Shown: positions 30,545-41,477, numbered from the stretch's first letter. The stretch: DNA of 64,000 nt from Candidatus Heimdallarchaeota archaeon (GCA_019057815.1 JAHLWR010000020.1:1-64000); one strand, 5' to 3'. Numbers and translations are program-made. Notes: a model not told the origin generated them from the letters alone.

Positions 30545-31765
30545 TTAGGTCGTAGATGAATTGACTGCGAATTGTAGTCCTTTACCGTAGGTAATCAACT
30601 CTACATTCTTAATATTTGAATTAATTGTTTTTCCAACGGAATTGACCAATCTAATCCATTTACCATAATTAAAAACACCTTTAACCTTACAAAGAATATT
30701 ATTATATCTTACCAAATCATTAGGCTGATATTGGTATCTCTGTCTGCGAATAGAGGGCTTGAAACCTTTTCTATTGGTCTGAATAGAACGATTATTCCGT
30801 CTTACTTGTTTTACATCAAAGGACTTTACTCGTTGTTGTTTGTCTCCACCTGCAATAACAAAAGCGTCATTGACATGCGATTTAGATAGACCTAACTTGA
30901 TTCTATGATATTTAGTGATAAATCCATAGGTATATTGACAGTTTAACTTTTCAACCATCTTCTTACGAACAGTATTCATAAAAGCAACAGATTTTAATGG
31001 TTTTTTGGCCTGTTGTTGTATCATAGGATGACCAAACTCTTTAACGGTTTTGTTTCCTTTCTTTAAGTTGCATTTCTTACAGGATAGGGTTAGATTCGAC
31101 ACTCTGTCGGATCCTCCTCTGCTTTTAGGGATAATGTGTTCAATTTCTAATGGTATATTAGATTTACCACAATAAGCACATTTACGGCCCCATTTCTCTA
31201 ATAAATACTCACGGACTTCGTAACCTTGTAGTTCTCCCTGCTGATATTCAATGCCTTTGATTTCAGGGTTCTGCATCTTTTGAGAGTCAAATGTAGCCAC
31301 TTCAAGTATTGTTTCTGAAATGGGAAGAATATGCTTAATTCTTTCAATTAATCGGATGTGAGTATCTAGTTTGTGATTGATACTCGGAGCTAGCCATCCT
31401 TTCCTCTTAGAAGCCGTTCGGTTAAGAAAACGAGGCTTACGATACCATAACTTGTTTCTACGGGTTGTACGGTACATTTTTCTCTCTGTTATCTTTTTAG
31501 AAACATCTTTGCGTAATGTTACTTCCCCTGCGATAAGTTCTTGTTTGTCTGTGATTGCTGAAAAGCCAATTTTAGAATAACCTGCATCAATGCCTAACTT
31601 AATGGGTTGTTTGTCCTCGCCTGTTGCATAGTTCAGTTGTATGGTGAACGGTGTACGTTTAACTACTTTCGCTTTCTTCTTCTTTAATAATAGTCTTGTT
31701 CTTCTTGGTGTTGTAGGCATGAGAGGTTGTCCTCTCATGTTTAATACATAGACAGATACTCTCAA
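30545..31765 (-). CDS. iscB: IscB RNA-guided nuclease (RuvC + HNH)
   Basis: PLMP domain, LGIDAG, RxxRR bridge helix, ILEV, HNH (EHIIPKSRGG..N), SHVNDA. TTG start at 31765 after GGAGG. Confidence 0.93.
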   Translation of the reverse strand: MRVSVYVLNMRGQPLMPTTPRRTRLLLKKKKAKVVKRTPFTIQLNYATGEDKQPIKLGIDAGYSKIGFSAITDKQELIAGEVTLRKDVSKKITERKMYRTTRRNKLWYRKPRFLNRTASKRKGWLAPSINHKLDTHIRLIERIKHILPISETILEVATFDSQKMQNPEIKGIEYQQGELQGYEVREYLLEKWGRKCAYCGKSNIPLEIEHIIPKSRGGSDRVSNLTLSCKKCNLKKGNKTVKEFGHPMIQQQAKKPLKSVAFMNTVRKKMVEKLNCQYTYGFITKYHRIKLGLSKSHVNDAFVIAGGDKQQRVKSFDVKQVRRNNRSIQTNRKGFKPSIRRQRYQYQPNDLVRYNNILCKVKGVFNYGKWIRLVNSVGKTINSNIKNVELITYGKGLQFAVNSSTT

Positions 31766-31769
31766 GTTC

Positions 31770-32037
31770 TGTCCCTCCGTATTGCTACAGAGTAGGTTCT
31801 CTTCGCCAATGTTATCAGCCAGTACTTTGTAAGAGGCACTGAGAGTTTCCTCTCTGTTTAACCGCTCACTTACAGAGCCAGAGACTAGAGAAGTATCTCT
31901 GGGTGCGTTCGTTAACTTTCCTGATAACCTTGATACAGTCACGATTTTTCAATCCTTGACTTCTCTGTGTGGCTAATCAACCAATTACTCTTGCTCCTCA
32001 CGGTGCAAGCCCCTTGCTTTAGCTAGGGGTGATTGAC
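31770..32037 (-). ncRNA. omegaRNA scaffold of IscB
   Basis: GC-richer structured segment directly upstream of iscB, with GTCAATCA...TGGTTGAT end pairing and a terminal hairpin. Confidence 0.8.
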
Positions 32038-33518
32038 CTTTTCTTCCCATACATAACTACTGCAAGTAAAGCTAAACCAGCAAAAACCATTATTCCGAAT
32101 GGGAATGGAATTGGGATATCTTTGATATCTTCTGGTGCTACAAGTGTAAAGACTGTTGTTGTAGAGTAAGAATTTCCTGCATTATCATAAACAGTCATTT
32201 TAACCCAATGATCTCCATAATAGAAGAATTGAATAGTAATTTCTCTTTCATCTATCAATTCATACAAATTTCCTTCGTCAGTTAGGAGGAAGATGTTTTT
32301 GACTCCGCTCCCCCCTATATCTGATACATTAAATGTTAAAGTTACATATTTATTACTGTCTTCAATTTGTGTATTATTAGAGCCATCTGGGTTAACTGTT
32401 ATAATTGATCCTGAAGGTTTCTCTGAATCAATTAATATGTATACGGTTACTTCTGTGAAACCAGCACCTGCAAAAGCTATTACTGTTATATTATAATCGC
32501 CAGAAGAAGCATATGTATGGAAAACAATTTTCAAAGTAATATTTGTTATAGTATCAATTGCACTCCCGTCACCCCATGTTATATTTACTTGGGTGATGTT
32601 TATTTTTGGTGCTGAAGCTTCCCAAACTAATTGAATTGTCTTGTTATTTGTAAAAGTGGGAACATCAACTGAGAGTTCTGGTCTCCCATCGACTAATGTA
32701 ATTATATGTGCTTGATTCTCATGAAGATAACGTCCTTCTTTAGTCAAATTATCAATATGATAGATGAAAGATCTTACTTCAATTTGAGTTTCTAAAGGAT
32801 ATGAATGAGCAAAAGAAGCAGTTAAGTTGACGATGTCACCTGAAGTCACAAGATCAAAAGTTACATTCTCAAAACTCATATCGTGATTAGGAGTTACTTC
32901 TCGATATTCTAAACCATATTCTGTAATGTTGTAGCCAGATAATGTAATATTCATGTCAATAGCATCAAACTGAGTATAGTAATCTTGATTAAAATGCGAA
33001 GTTAATGTTACATTCGTAGTAATGATATTTGGAATACCTATGTCATCTTCCATATCAAGAAAACCTGCTCTAAAAACAATAAAATCAGAATTCATTTGAA
33101 ATGTATGATTATAATACGGACGATCAAAACCTGAAATGTTGACTTTTACATCATCGTATGGCATTAATATAGGTTCTGTCCAACTTAAATTACTACCTAT
33201 AATTCCATCATCCCCATAAAGTCTAGGCAATGTTTCATTAGTACCTCCATCCATTGTGTACCATATTGTAACATTCTGTCCTGGTTCTGCAACAATGACT
33301 GCACCTTGATATATAGCATCATTCCTATAAAATAGTATTTCAGTTGCGTTTAGAACATCGTCAATAAGAACAGGTCTTCCAATTGTTGCTTTCTTAGGAA
33401 TAGTGTTATTTATTTCATCACTTACACTCCAGCTTAAACTTACAAAACTGGAACTTAAAATTAATCCAACAGTAATAATCAATAGTACAGAACCTTGTTT
33501 TCTATTCAAGAGCATCAC
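32019..33518 (-). CDS. Cell-surface Ig-fold/PKD-domain protein
   Basis: Signal peptide, ITWGDG...HTYASSGDYNIT PKD motif, YDNAGN, C-terminal TM helix. The last 5 codons and stop come from the IscB element. Confidence 0.8.
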   Translation of the reverse strand: MMLLNRKQGSVLLIITVGLILSSSFVSLSWSVSDEINNTIPKKATIGRPVLIDDVLNATEILFYRNDAIYQGAVIVAEPGQNVTIWYTMDGGTNETLPRLYGDDGIIGSNLSWTEPILMPYDDVKVNISGFDRPYYNHTFQMNSDFIVFRAGFLDMEDDIGIPNIITTNVTLTSHFNQDYYTQFDAIDMNITLSGYNITEYGLEYREVTPNHDMSFENVTFDLVTSGDIVNLTASFAHSYPLETQIEVRSFIYHIDNLTKEGRYLHENQAHIITLVDGRPELSVDVPTFTNNKTIQLVWEASAPKINITQVNITWGDGSAIDTITNITLKIVFHTYASSGDYNITVIAFAGAGFTEVTVYILIDSEKPSGSIITVNPDGSNNTQIEDSNKYVTLTFNVSDIGGSGVKNIFLLTDEGNLYELIDEREITIQFFYYGDHWVKMTVYDNAGNSYSTTTVFTLVAPEDIKDIPIPFPFGIMVFAGLALLAVVMYGKKRSITPS

Positions 33519-33587
33519 CTAAATATATAGAGATATTTATTTTCAATCTCTGTGAATTACCTATATTTTTAAACTTTTTTAACGTCA

Positions 33588-34943
33588 TTAAGAAAATATT
33601 GAAACTTTATTAGTAAGAATGTAAGGGATTACAATGCTATAAGGCGTATTTCGTGGTCTAACAACCTTCCTATCTTTTGAAAACTGAATATCACCTTCGA
33701 GTAATTCAAGCATATTTCCAGTGATGCTGAAAGAAGGGAGAGTACCTTTAATTGACCCATTCTCAATCCAGTAAGCATCAGTTGTTGAAATTTTAAAGAC
33801 TCCAGTTTGCGAATCTGCTGTCATATGTCCTTGCACTGAATTCACGTATATTCCTTCTCCTATATCATCGAACAATTCTCCAATCGTTTCGTTCCCTTCT
33901 GAAATAAGAAGATTAGAAGGATTAATTGCTGGATAAACCTTGTAATGGCGAGGAAATTGCTCAAACAATTTAACTCTAAAGGAATTACCTGTTTGAATAC
34001 TTTGATCTTTAGAAAATTGAGTACTATTCAGCTCATTGATAAAATCACCATTTTTAATTAACACAGTTTTCGATTGGTTTTGTCCTTCATCATCAAATGC
34101 TGTAGAATTAGGTAAACCAGGAATTGTGCCGTCATCAACTAAAGTAAAGTCGCTAGAAAAATCATATTTTCCACTTGAATTTTTTTCATTTTTGCAGAGT
34201 AAGGGTATAAATGAGAAAGAAAATATATCAGCAAAGGCATTAGGAGAAAAAACCACAGGCACAATCAAATTTGAAATCTTTGCTCTTGTTCCTGCTCTTT
34301 GAATAGTCTCAGACATAAGATCATCAATTAAACCATCTAAACTGTTAGGAATTTGTCTACTTGTAAGGTACTTTTCGGAACTTGCTATGATATCTTTTCC
34401 ACGATACAATGCTCTAACATCAATATCAAACCAGGTACCTTTCTCAAAAGCAAGCATATTTGACGAATTGACGATTATTTTTCGTTCTAAAGAATAAGTA
34501 ACACTACTGTCTAATATTACATCCTTGATTTGCTCATCTTGTTCATTCAGGGCATAAATAATCGCAAAAAAATCTTCTTCATCTAGAGAAGCTATTCTTT
34601 TATCGTAAATATTAGCTATAGATTTAGAATCTTCTGTAATTTGTGGAAAACTGAAACTTTGGGATTCTATTGGATAGATGCTTTGTTTATCTAGATTTTC
34701 TATTCGATTTAAAACAGAATTGATAGGAAAACAAGAGAAAAATAGCTTGTCATTATTAAAATATCTTATCGCACAACCTGCTCTGTTTGTTGAATGAAAT
34801 TCTTTTGGTGTTCTAAATACTGTTCCACCTCTTATTTGCGAAAGAGATTGGATGAAGACTTCAGATTCTTTGAAGTTATATTTCTGTTCAAGTTTATGTA
34901 TTATTTGAATTGCAATCTCTTTGAGTTCATCATCTGTATACAT
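33588..34943 (-). CDS. pmbA: PmbA/TldE family protein
   Basis: FDDEG and IENG motifs; no HExxxH; adjacent to tldD. Confidence 0.85.
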   Translation of the reverse strand: MYTDDELKEIAIQIIHKLEQKYNFKESEVFIQSLSQIRGGTVFRTPKEFHSTNRAGCAIRYFNNDKLFFSCFPINSVLNRIENLDKQSIYPIESQSFSFPQITEDSKSIANIYDKRIASLDEEDFFAIIYALNEQDEQIKDVILDSSVTYSLERKIIVNSSNMLAFEKGTWFDIDVRALYRGKDIIASSEKYLTSRQIPNSLDGLIDDLMSETIQRAGTRAKISNLIVPVVFSPNAFADIFSFSFIPLLCKNEKNSSGKYDFSSDFTLVDDGTIPGLPNSTAFDDEGQNQSKTVLIKNGDFINELNSTQFSKDQSIQTGNSFRVKLFEQFPRHYKVYPAINPSNLLISEGNETIGELFDDIGEGIYVNSVQGHMTADSQTGVFKISTTDAYWIENGSIKGTLPSFSITGNMLELLEGDIQFSKDRKVVRPRNTPYSIVIPYILTNKVSIFS

Positions 34944-36344
34944 TTAACTCACCCTCATTTCTGAAACAGAAATCTTTGGAGATACTGAACCAACAAATAT
35001 TCTCTGGTTATTTTTGACACAACTTCCTGGCTGCGCAAGCAATCGATTTCCAATACCTGTAATCTTGGTCAAAGTATCAAGCATATTTCCACTTACTTGT
35101 AATTGTAGAAAATATTCTCCTAATTCTCCATTTTCTATTAATCGTCCATATTGAGCATTCAGGTTAAACTCACCTGTTTGTGTCTCCGCAGAACCTCCTA
35201 AACCATCTCCAACATATAAACCATTTTTTGTTTTTTCTAATAATTCCTCAAAAGAGAAATCTTTGGGACTAAAGAAGATATTACTCATTCTAACCTGAGG
35301 TAAATGTTCAAAACTGAATGCTTTGTAATTTGCTGAAGATTCTGCATCCATTGCAGCAGCAGTTTCTCGGCTATGTAAAAAGTCAGTATGAATACCTTCC
35401 TCTACCAGTAAGGTTCCCTTACCTTTTGTTCCCTCTGAATCATATTCGTAAAAACCGACAGTCTCAATATAAGGATCGTCAATAACCGTAACAATTGAGG
35501 GTGCTATTTTCATCCCTAAAAGACCTGCAGTAAATGACCTTCCAGCTAATACATTATCAGCTTCAAGAGAATGTCCAAGAACTTCATGAATACAGGTCCA
35601 AGCAAAGTCTTCACATAAAACTGCTTTGTAATTGCCATTCTTTACAAATTTAGCTGTAGGGAGATTATTAACAACTTCTATGAATTCATTAGTTTGTTCA
35701 AGATTCTGAAAAGGTAGTGTTTCTAAACCACCCAGACCGCCATAATTTTTGTAAAACTTAACAACTTGGTTATTTTTCTTCACTCTTCCTGTGAGAGTGA
35801 GAATAGAGTAAGGGTATTCTTGAAAGATTCTTGACCCTTCAGTATTAATAAATCTTTCAGACCAATTAAAGAAAAGAAGATCCAATTCTATCATTGCTGG
35901 TACATTAATCTTCTCAGACACATAATCATACAATTCAGAAATATAAGTATCAAAATCTTGTTTTGTTAAATCTTTCCAGTTTATTTTTGGATTAACTTTG
36001 ATATTTGCTTCAGATTTTGCAGAATTACTCAAAGATGATGTTCCCCTTTTCCAATTTGACAACATCGATGAAGCTCTGATCGCTTTTTCAACCTCTCTAG
36101 GAGCATATTTTATATCAGGAACTGAGGTGAAAGAAGTTATTCCATCAGACAGGATTCTAATTCCATATCCTGTATCTACACAGTTCATTTCCTTTTTGAT
36201 AACACCGTTCAAAGCTGAAATCCTTTTTTCATTTATTATACCACCTCTGATACCGACATATTCTGCTCCTTTGGTTGAAGATGTTTCTAGAAGTGTTTCA
36301 AGGGGATCGATTATGAGCACCTCTTTCTTTTTTAAGAACTTCAT
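34944..36344 (-). CDS. tldD: TldD metalloprotease
   Basis: IHEVLGHSLEAD, YDSEG, VRMSN and conserved C-terminal Cys. Confidence 0.9.
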   Translation of the reverse strand: MKFLKKKEVLIIDPLETLLETSSTKGAEYVGIRGGIINEKRISALNGVIKKEMNCVDTGYGIRILSDGITSFTSVPDIKYAPREVEKAIRASSMLSNWKRGTSSLSNSAKSEANIKVNPKINWKDLTKQDFDTYISELYDYVSEKINVPAMIELDLLFFNWSERFINTEGSRIFQEYPYSILTLTGRVKKNNQVVKFYKNYGGLGGLETLPFQNLEQTNEFIEVVNNLPTAKFVKNGNYKAVLCEDFAWTCIHEVLGHSLEADNVLAGRSFTAGLLGMKIAPSIVTVIDDPYIETVGFYEYDSEGTKGKGTLLVEEGIHTDFLHSRETAAAMDAESSANYKAFSFEHLPQVRMSNIFFSPKDFSFEELLEKTKNGLYVGDGLGGSAETQTGEFNLNAQYGRLIENGELGEYFLQLQVSGNMLDTLTKITGIGNRLLAQPGSCVKNNQRIFVGSVSPKISVSEMRVS

Positions 36345-36427
36345 CCTATATATAGCTAGTTAAACTCTTGCAGAAATCAATAGTGATAATAGATATCTTT
36401 TTGTTTTATCACATCAAGAAATGTTCA

Positions 36428-37075
36428 ATGAAATTAGCTATAGTTTGCGATTTTGATGGAACTATAACTCAAAGAGACACAGGAAAGGAGTTACTCTCAA
36501 AACTAACAGCAAAAGATTGGGAATCCTATGACCAATTCGTCATTAGTGGAGAAATGGGTACTCGTGAAGCACTCCAACACCAATGGGGCATGATCGAAAA
36601 TACATCAGCCAAAGAAGTTTTCTCCATTGTAGATGAAATAGAAATAGATCCATTTTTCAAAGAACTATACGAATTAATCCAACAAAAAAACTGGGGATTT
36701 GTAATTGTATCTGATGGTTTTCTAAGTTACATAAAAAGGATTCTCAATAGAAATGGTATAATGGATGAGAATATAAGCATTAAAGCAAATGATTTTGAGA
36801 TAGTGAAAGGTAAAATACTACTTAAATTTTTAACAGAATCTTGTGAACATGGTTGCGCAAATTGTAAGTTTACACATGTTACAGAACTAAGAGAACAAGG
36901 GTTTACTATTATTTACATTGGAGACGGATTATCCGATATATTACCTGCTAAATCTTTAGCTGATTATATTTTTGCAAAAAAGGATGAAGATCTTGCGAAA
37001 AACTTGAAAGGTGATAAAAGGCTTAAAACTTTTAAAACTTTGAAAGAAGTTAAAAATGATCTTCTCACGTTTTGA
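36428..37075 (+). CDS. HAD-IB phosphatase (MtnX-like)
   Basis: CDFDGTIT, VSDG, CANCK and IGDGLSD motifs; ATG at 36428. Confidence 0.87.
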   Translation: MKLAIVCDFDGTITQRDTGKELLSKLTAKDWESYDQFVISGEMGTREALQHQWGMIENTSAKEVFSIVDEIEIDPFFKELYELIQQKNWGFVIVSDGFLSYIKRILNRNGIMDENISIKANDFEIVKGKILLKFLTESCEHGCANCKFTHVTELREQGFTIIYIGDGLSDILPAKSLADYIFAKKDEDLAKNLKGDKRLKTFKTLKEVKNDLLTF

Positions 37076-37104
37076 TATGCAACAAACGAGCTTTTTGTTT
37101 CGTT

Positions 37105-37740
37105 TCATTTATAGCTTACGAATGGATTATCTCTTTTTTCTTTTCCGATTGTTGTTTCGTCTCCATGACCTGGAAAAACAAGTGTTTTATCAGAGAATTC
37201 ATACAGTTTCAAAATTGATTTTTCTAGCTCCTCAAAAGAACCTCCAAACAAATCAGTGCGACCAATACCACCATTAAAAAGAACGTCACCTGATATAAGC
37301 GAATGCTCAAAAGAGAAACAGATGCTTCCTGGAGAATGACCTGGTGATAATAGCGTTCTAATTTCAAGATTTCCTAAACTAAATATCTGATCATTTTCAA
37401 TAGAGATATCATGGTTTCCAAGAGATTTGGGATCGAATTCAAACATTTTAGCAAAAAAGCCAAGGTTTTCCATCACTGCAGTTTCTTTTTGGTTATATGC
37501 TAACAAAGCTTCAGGAAACACTTCTCTAATGGCTTCAACACCAAGTACATGATCAAAATGTAAATGAGTACAAAAAATGTATTTCATTTTAAGATTCTCA
37601 AGTTCAATTATTGACATTAAATTATCTATAGGTCCTCCTACATCAAATAAAGCAGCTTCCTTGGATTCTACATCATAGAGAAGATAGCAATTTGTACTCA
37701 AGGGTCCTGTAATTTCTTTTTTCAAAACAGGAGAGTTCAT
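37105..37740 (-). CDS. MBL-fold metallo-hydrolase (glyoxalase II-like)
   Basis: THLHFDH, PGHSPGS, SGD and PGHG motifs. Confidence 0.92.
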   Translation of the reverse strand: MNSPVLKKEITGPLSTNCYLLYDVESKEAALFDVGGPIDNLMSIIELENLKMKYIFCTHLHFDHVLGVEAIREVFPEALLAYNQKETAVMENLGFFAKMFEFDPKSLGNHDISIENDQIFSLGNLEIRTLLSPGHSPGSICFSFEHSLISGDVLFNGGIGRTDLFGGSFEELEKSILKLYEFSDKTLVFPGHGDETTIGKEKRDNPFVSYK

Positions 37741-37932
37741 TACCTAAGGATTCTGATACTTGTTATTAAGAACTTTATGATTTGATGTGACAATATAATA
37801 TATAAAGAATAATCAGACTAAATTTTCTCCCTTTCCTTTTTAATGAATTTGTTAGAAAGATATCCGAGTATAAGAAAAAGATAAGAGAGGGAGAGACTAA
37901 TATTATGTGTCAATCCCCTTCTAATAAATACT

Positions 37933-38574
37933 TTAGGTAATTCTGCGTTTTCTCGTAAAGAAAACAATAACCACATATGAAAATAGTGAAATGAATGCTA
38001 AAGAGAATAGGGGGGAGAATTTCACCTCATCAGTAGATTGTTCAGTAATATCAAAGAGACTATAGGTTATGTTCATAATACCAGAAGCCATTGTAATAAC
38101 TGTTATCAATTGTTCTCCTGGCGTAATATCATAAAAGTTGGAACCCATATCTATAGGTCTCCAGAGAGTATAATTGCCATCCGGAAGGTGAGATAAATCT
38201 GTTTGATTAATATAAAATCTGATAAGTTCAGATTCAACTGTTATACCGGATTGATATGAATAATGCATAACTGTTTCGTGGGCATGCGCTATTTGATCAA
38301 TTTCCAATGATTGATTAACAAATGATGCATTAATGAAGGCTTTAGGAAAAAAATCTGCTAATTCAATTACAGATTGATTTTCTTTACCTCTATTTAAGAT
38401 CTCTACTTCTACTGCGATACCAAAGAAGGTATTATTGGGCTTATAATAATCTGGGTCTGAAATCACTGTAATGTAAATGATTTCAGAAATTCTTGAAGCA
38501 ATAACTGGTTGATCTCCATTAACTGATAACATAGTAGGAAAAATAAGTATCGGTATTATTATTGTTACAATCAA
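37933..38574 (-). CDS. Secreted, C-terminally anchored hypothetical protein
   Basis: N-terminal hydrophobic segment, LPDGNYTL, C-terminal TM helix with basic tail. Confidence 0.65.
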   Translation of the reverse strand: MIVTIIIPILIFPTMLSVNGDQPVIASRISEIIYITVISDPDYYKPNNTFFGIAVEVEILNRGKENQSVIELADFFPKAFINASFVNQSLEIDQIAHAHETVMHYSYQSGITVESELIRFYINQTDLSHLPDGNYTLWRPIDMGSNFYDITPGEQLITVITMASGIMNITYSLFDITEQSTDEVKFSPLFSLAFISLFSYVVIVFFTRKRRIT

Positions 38575-38674
38575 GAATTTTTCTAATAATTTATTCGTGA
38601 ATTTTTTCCTCCTTTTTTATTTTATTAAAGATTAGCCCTTAATTGTATATGTACACAAAGAGATATAAAAATTT

Positions 38675-39085
38675 CTATGCTAATCTCCCCTCCGTATACG
38701 CTTTACCATAAGCTATATAGGAATCTGCATAACCATATCCCATTTCTTGGTCAATGTGCTTCCTGAAGTAGCATATTGTAAAATATCTATTTCTTTCTGC
38801 ACAGAAGGATCAATAGAAGAACCAATACCATTATGATATCCTGTAATAATTGAAGCTATTATAGCTGATAGATAAGTCGTACTAAGACTTGTCCCTTCTC
38901 CATATATCCAAGTTCCTCTATAACAATGGAGACTAGAATCATAATAAGGATTAGTTAATATAGGTACACCATGTCCAAGTTCAAGCCAATTAACAATTTG
39001 ATTTCCTGATGTATAAGGTTCGTACCATGATGAAAGCCACGATTTATAACTATTCCATGAACCATCTCGATTTTTATGAATGTGT
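38675..39085 (-). pseudogene. C-terminal relic of an S8 (subtilisin-like) peptidase, frameshifted
   Basis: Manual translation ...WIYGEGTSLSTTYLSAIIASII... then, after a frameshift, DQEMGYGYADSYIAYGKA. No N-terminus. Confidence 0.6.
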
Positions 39086-39127
39086 AAATGAAATGATAAC
39101 TTTTTTAATAACGGTACCCTAGTTTTA

Positions 39128-40072
39128 TTGAAACAAATGAGTAAAGGGAAGAGGATTAAAGAAGAAAGTATTGTAGATATAAATGATAAGATGGAAGAAA
39201 TCGAGTTTATTCCTCTAGATGATGAACAATCTAAAGAGGAGAAAGAAGACGTTATCGATATTTTAACAGTTAAAGAACAACTTGAGAAGGAGGAAGAAAA
39301 AGAAATTTCATTACCACTTGATATAGAAAAAAAAGAAGAGCAACATATTGAAGTTGAAAATGAATTGATTGAAGATCAAACTGTGATTACTAAAATAGTG
39401 AAAGAAGATTTAGATTTGCTCATTAACACTTTGATAAATTCAAACAGAAACAAAGTTAGACTGGATATAATTGAAAAAATTGGAGAATTTATAGAAGAAG
39501 AAAAAGTGAAAAAAGCGTTGAGTAATATTTCGAAAAATGATAAATATCCGTTATGCCGAGCAAAAGCAGTATCCTACCTTTCTGATATTATAGAAGATAA
39601 GCAAGTTAAAGAAACCATTTTATCGAAACTTGATGATTCAGCGAAAGTAGTAAGACATTGGGCTGTCTGGGGTTTAAAAGAAGTTGTAAGTGAGAGCGAT
39701 GTTCAAAAAGCGCTTATTAAAAGATTATTAAGAGAAGAGAAATCACGGAAAATCAAACTTTGGATTATCAAAATTCTTAGTTCACAAATAAAAACAAACA
39801 GAGTTGAAGAAGCCTTTTTAGGGCTTTTGAAGCAAAATTTGAATATAGAAACAAAAGGTTTAGTTGTTGATTATTTACTTAATAATTTAAGCGATAGGGA
39901 TATTTGTTATCAACTCTCTTTATATGTTATAAAAGAGAGAAACAAGGAAATAAAGTCAAAGATTATCCAGAAATTCCTAACTATTGATAACCTTGATGTT
40001 AAGTATTCTCTTGAACGTTTAGAAAGAGAAGAAAATGATGAAAATATCCTCTTACTGTTAAAAAATCGGTAA
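39128..40072 (+). CDS. HEAT repeat protein with acidic N-terminus
   Basis: LDDSAKVVRHWAVWGL-type repeats. Confidence 0.75.
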   Translation: MKQMSKGKRIKEESIVDINDKMEEIEFIPLDDEQSKEEKEDVIDILTVKEQLEKEEEKEISLPLDIEKKEEQHIEVENELIEDQTVITKIVKEDLDLLINTLINSNRNKVRLDIIEKIGEFIEEEKVKKALSNISKNDKYPLCRAKAVSYLSDIIEDKQVKETILSKLDDSAKVVRHWAVWGLKEVVSESDVQKALIKRLLREEKSRKIKLWIIKILSSQIKTNRVEEAFLGLLKQNLNIETKGLVVDYLLNNLSDRDICYQLSLYVIKERNKEIKSKIIQKFLTIDNLDVKYSLERLEREENDENILLLLKNR

Positions 40073-40113
40073 CAGAAACCTTATCAACATTCAGAAGCCA
40101 ACGATTTTAACAT

Positions 40114-41460
40114 ATGTCAGATTCACAAAATGACCAAGAACATCAGATTGGTGAACAGGACATCTCGAACTCCACACATGATTCAGAGGAGTTCACGAAG
40201 AAAGATGAAATAGCACTTTACTCTAGATCAATAGCTACAAGTACCAATCAAGGTCTAGTTCAACCATTTGTTTCAATGATCGCTCTACGACTAGGTGCAA
40301 CTGCTGGATTATTAGGATGGATACAAGCTATAACAAATTTACTAAGCACTTTCCTTGATCCTCTTTTTGGTCGAATATCTGATAAGTTAAAAAGAAGAAT
40401 ACCTTTCATTGTCATCTCAACTATAACTTGGAGTATTCCATATGTATTTCTATACTGGGTCAAAGCTCCAGAAGCAATTATTATTATCGTTGCTTGTGTT
40501 AATATATTATTGAGTCTAGGAAATCCTGCCTGGGGAGCCCTACAAAATGAACTTTTTCCATATAATATCAGGGCCAAATTAACAGGTAGAGTGTTTTGGT
40601 TTAGCTCTTTTGGAAGCATGATAGCAACCCTATTCACGGGCGTTATCCTCACTATTGCTTTTGGAGATATCGATTTTCAAAAATATATTCTGATTCCTGT
40701 TTGCATTGGTGTTATTATTTCTATTTTAGGAGTTCTTCCATTTAAAGGTGTAAGAGAACCATTAGCAAGAAGAAGAGATGTACAGGTGAAAGTTGACAAA
40801 AACATGTTTGAAAGTCTCAAAACAGTTTTTAAAAATAGACTTTACACCAAATATCTAATTATTTCCTGTATATATGCCCTTTTCTGGTCTTTTGCTTGGC
40901 CATTGTTTTCTATCAAACAAGTTAATGTTCTAAACGCATCGTCACTAGAAATAGCTATTCTAGAAATAATCTTTGCATTAACAACTGTCCTGTTTATCAC
41001 TTTTGGAGCTAAACTGAGTGATAAAATTGGAAGAGTTAAACTTATTTTCTTCAGCCGGTTTTGTATGGCAATTTTTCCTTTACTATATATTTTTGCAACA
41101 GAAATATGGCATCTTTATTTAGTTCATTTTTTTGTTGCTAGCTTAATAACGTTTGGCATGACTAGCGCTCAAGCTTACCTTTTAGACATTATACCTCCAA
41201 AAGAGAGCGGAACATACTTTGGTTTCTTTACGATGATAACTGGAATATTCTTCTTCATCGGGTCACTGATTGGAGGTTATTTAGTTGAAGGTTTACAAAA
41301 CTGGTATACTTTAGCTGAATCTTTAACCATAGTATTCATAATTGTAGCAAGTGTAAGGTTTTCAATTAGCTTTCTATTTTTAACACTTAAAGAATACAAA
41401 CAATTTCCGTATTCGTTTGGAGAAATAGTTAAATCTATTAAACTTAGAAGAAAAGGTTAA
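40114..41460 (+). CDS. MFS transporter
   Basis: About 12 TM helices; GRISDKLKRR and AKLSDKIGR motifs. Confidence 0.9.
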   Translation: MSDSQNDQEHQIGEQDISNSTHDSEEFTKKDEIALYSRSIATSTNQGLVQPFVSMIALRLGATAGLLGWIQAITNLLSTFLDPLFGRISDKLKRRIPFIVISTITWSIPYVFLYWVKAPEAIIIIVACVNILLSLGNPAWGALQNELFPYNIRAKLTGRVFWFSSFGSMIATLFTGVILTIAFGDIDFQKYILIPVCIGVIISILGVLPFKGVREPLARRRDVQVKVDKNMFESLKTVFKNRLYTKYLIISCIYALFWSFAWPLFSIKQVNVLNASSLEIAILEIIFALTTVLFITFGAKLSDKIGRVKLIFFSRFCMAIFPLLYIFATEIWHLYLVHFFVASLITFGMTSAQAYLLDIIPPKESGTYFGFFTMITGIFFFIGSLIGGYLVEGLQNWYTLAESLTIVFIIVASVRFSISFLFLTLKEYKQFPYSFGEIVKSIKLRRKG

Positions 41461-41477
41461 GAATAAGGAAGAAATGA

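Larger units (their letters stand above)
30519..32037 (-). mobile_element. IscB-encoding IS200/IS605-superfamily element (no tnpA)
   Basis: 5' end GTCAATCACCCCTAGCTAAAGCAAGGGGCTTG and 3' hairpin CTACGACC-TAAA-GGACGTAG. Removal restores AAG AAA AGA TAA. Ends uncertain by about 4 nt (AAAG). Confidence 0.85.

Noticed and set aside
31766-31942. N-terminal extension of the IscB ORF in the track
   Set aside because: Lies within the omegaRNA; the PLMP domain and an SD-like site point to a start at 31765.
32031-32038. GGTCAAT at the IscB left end as another copy of the GGTCAACAGAT repeat
   Set aside because: Only 6 nt match, and it is the usual GTCAA start of IscB elements.
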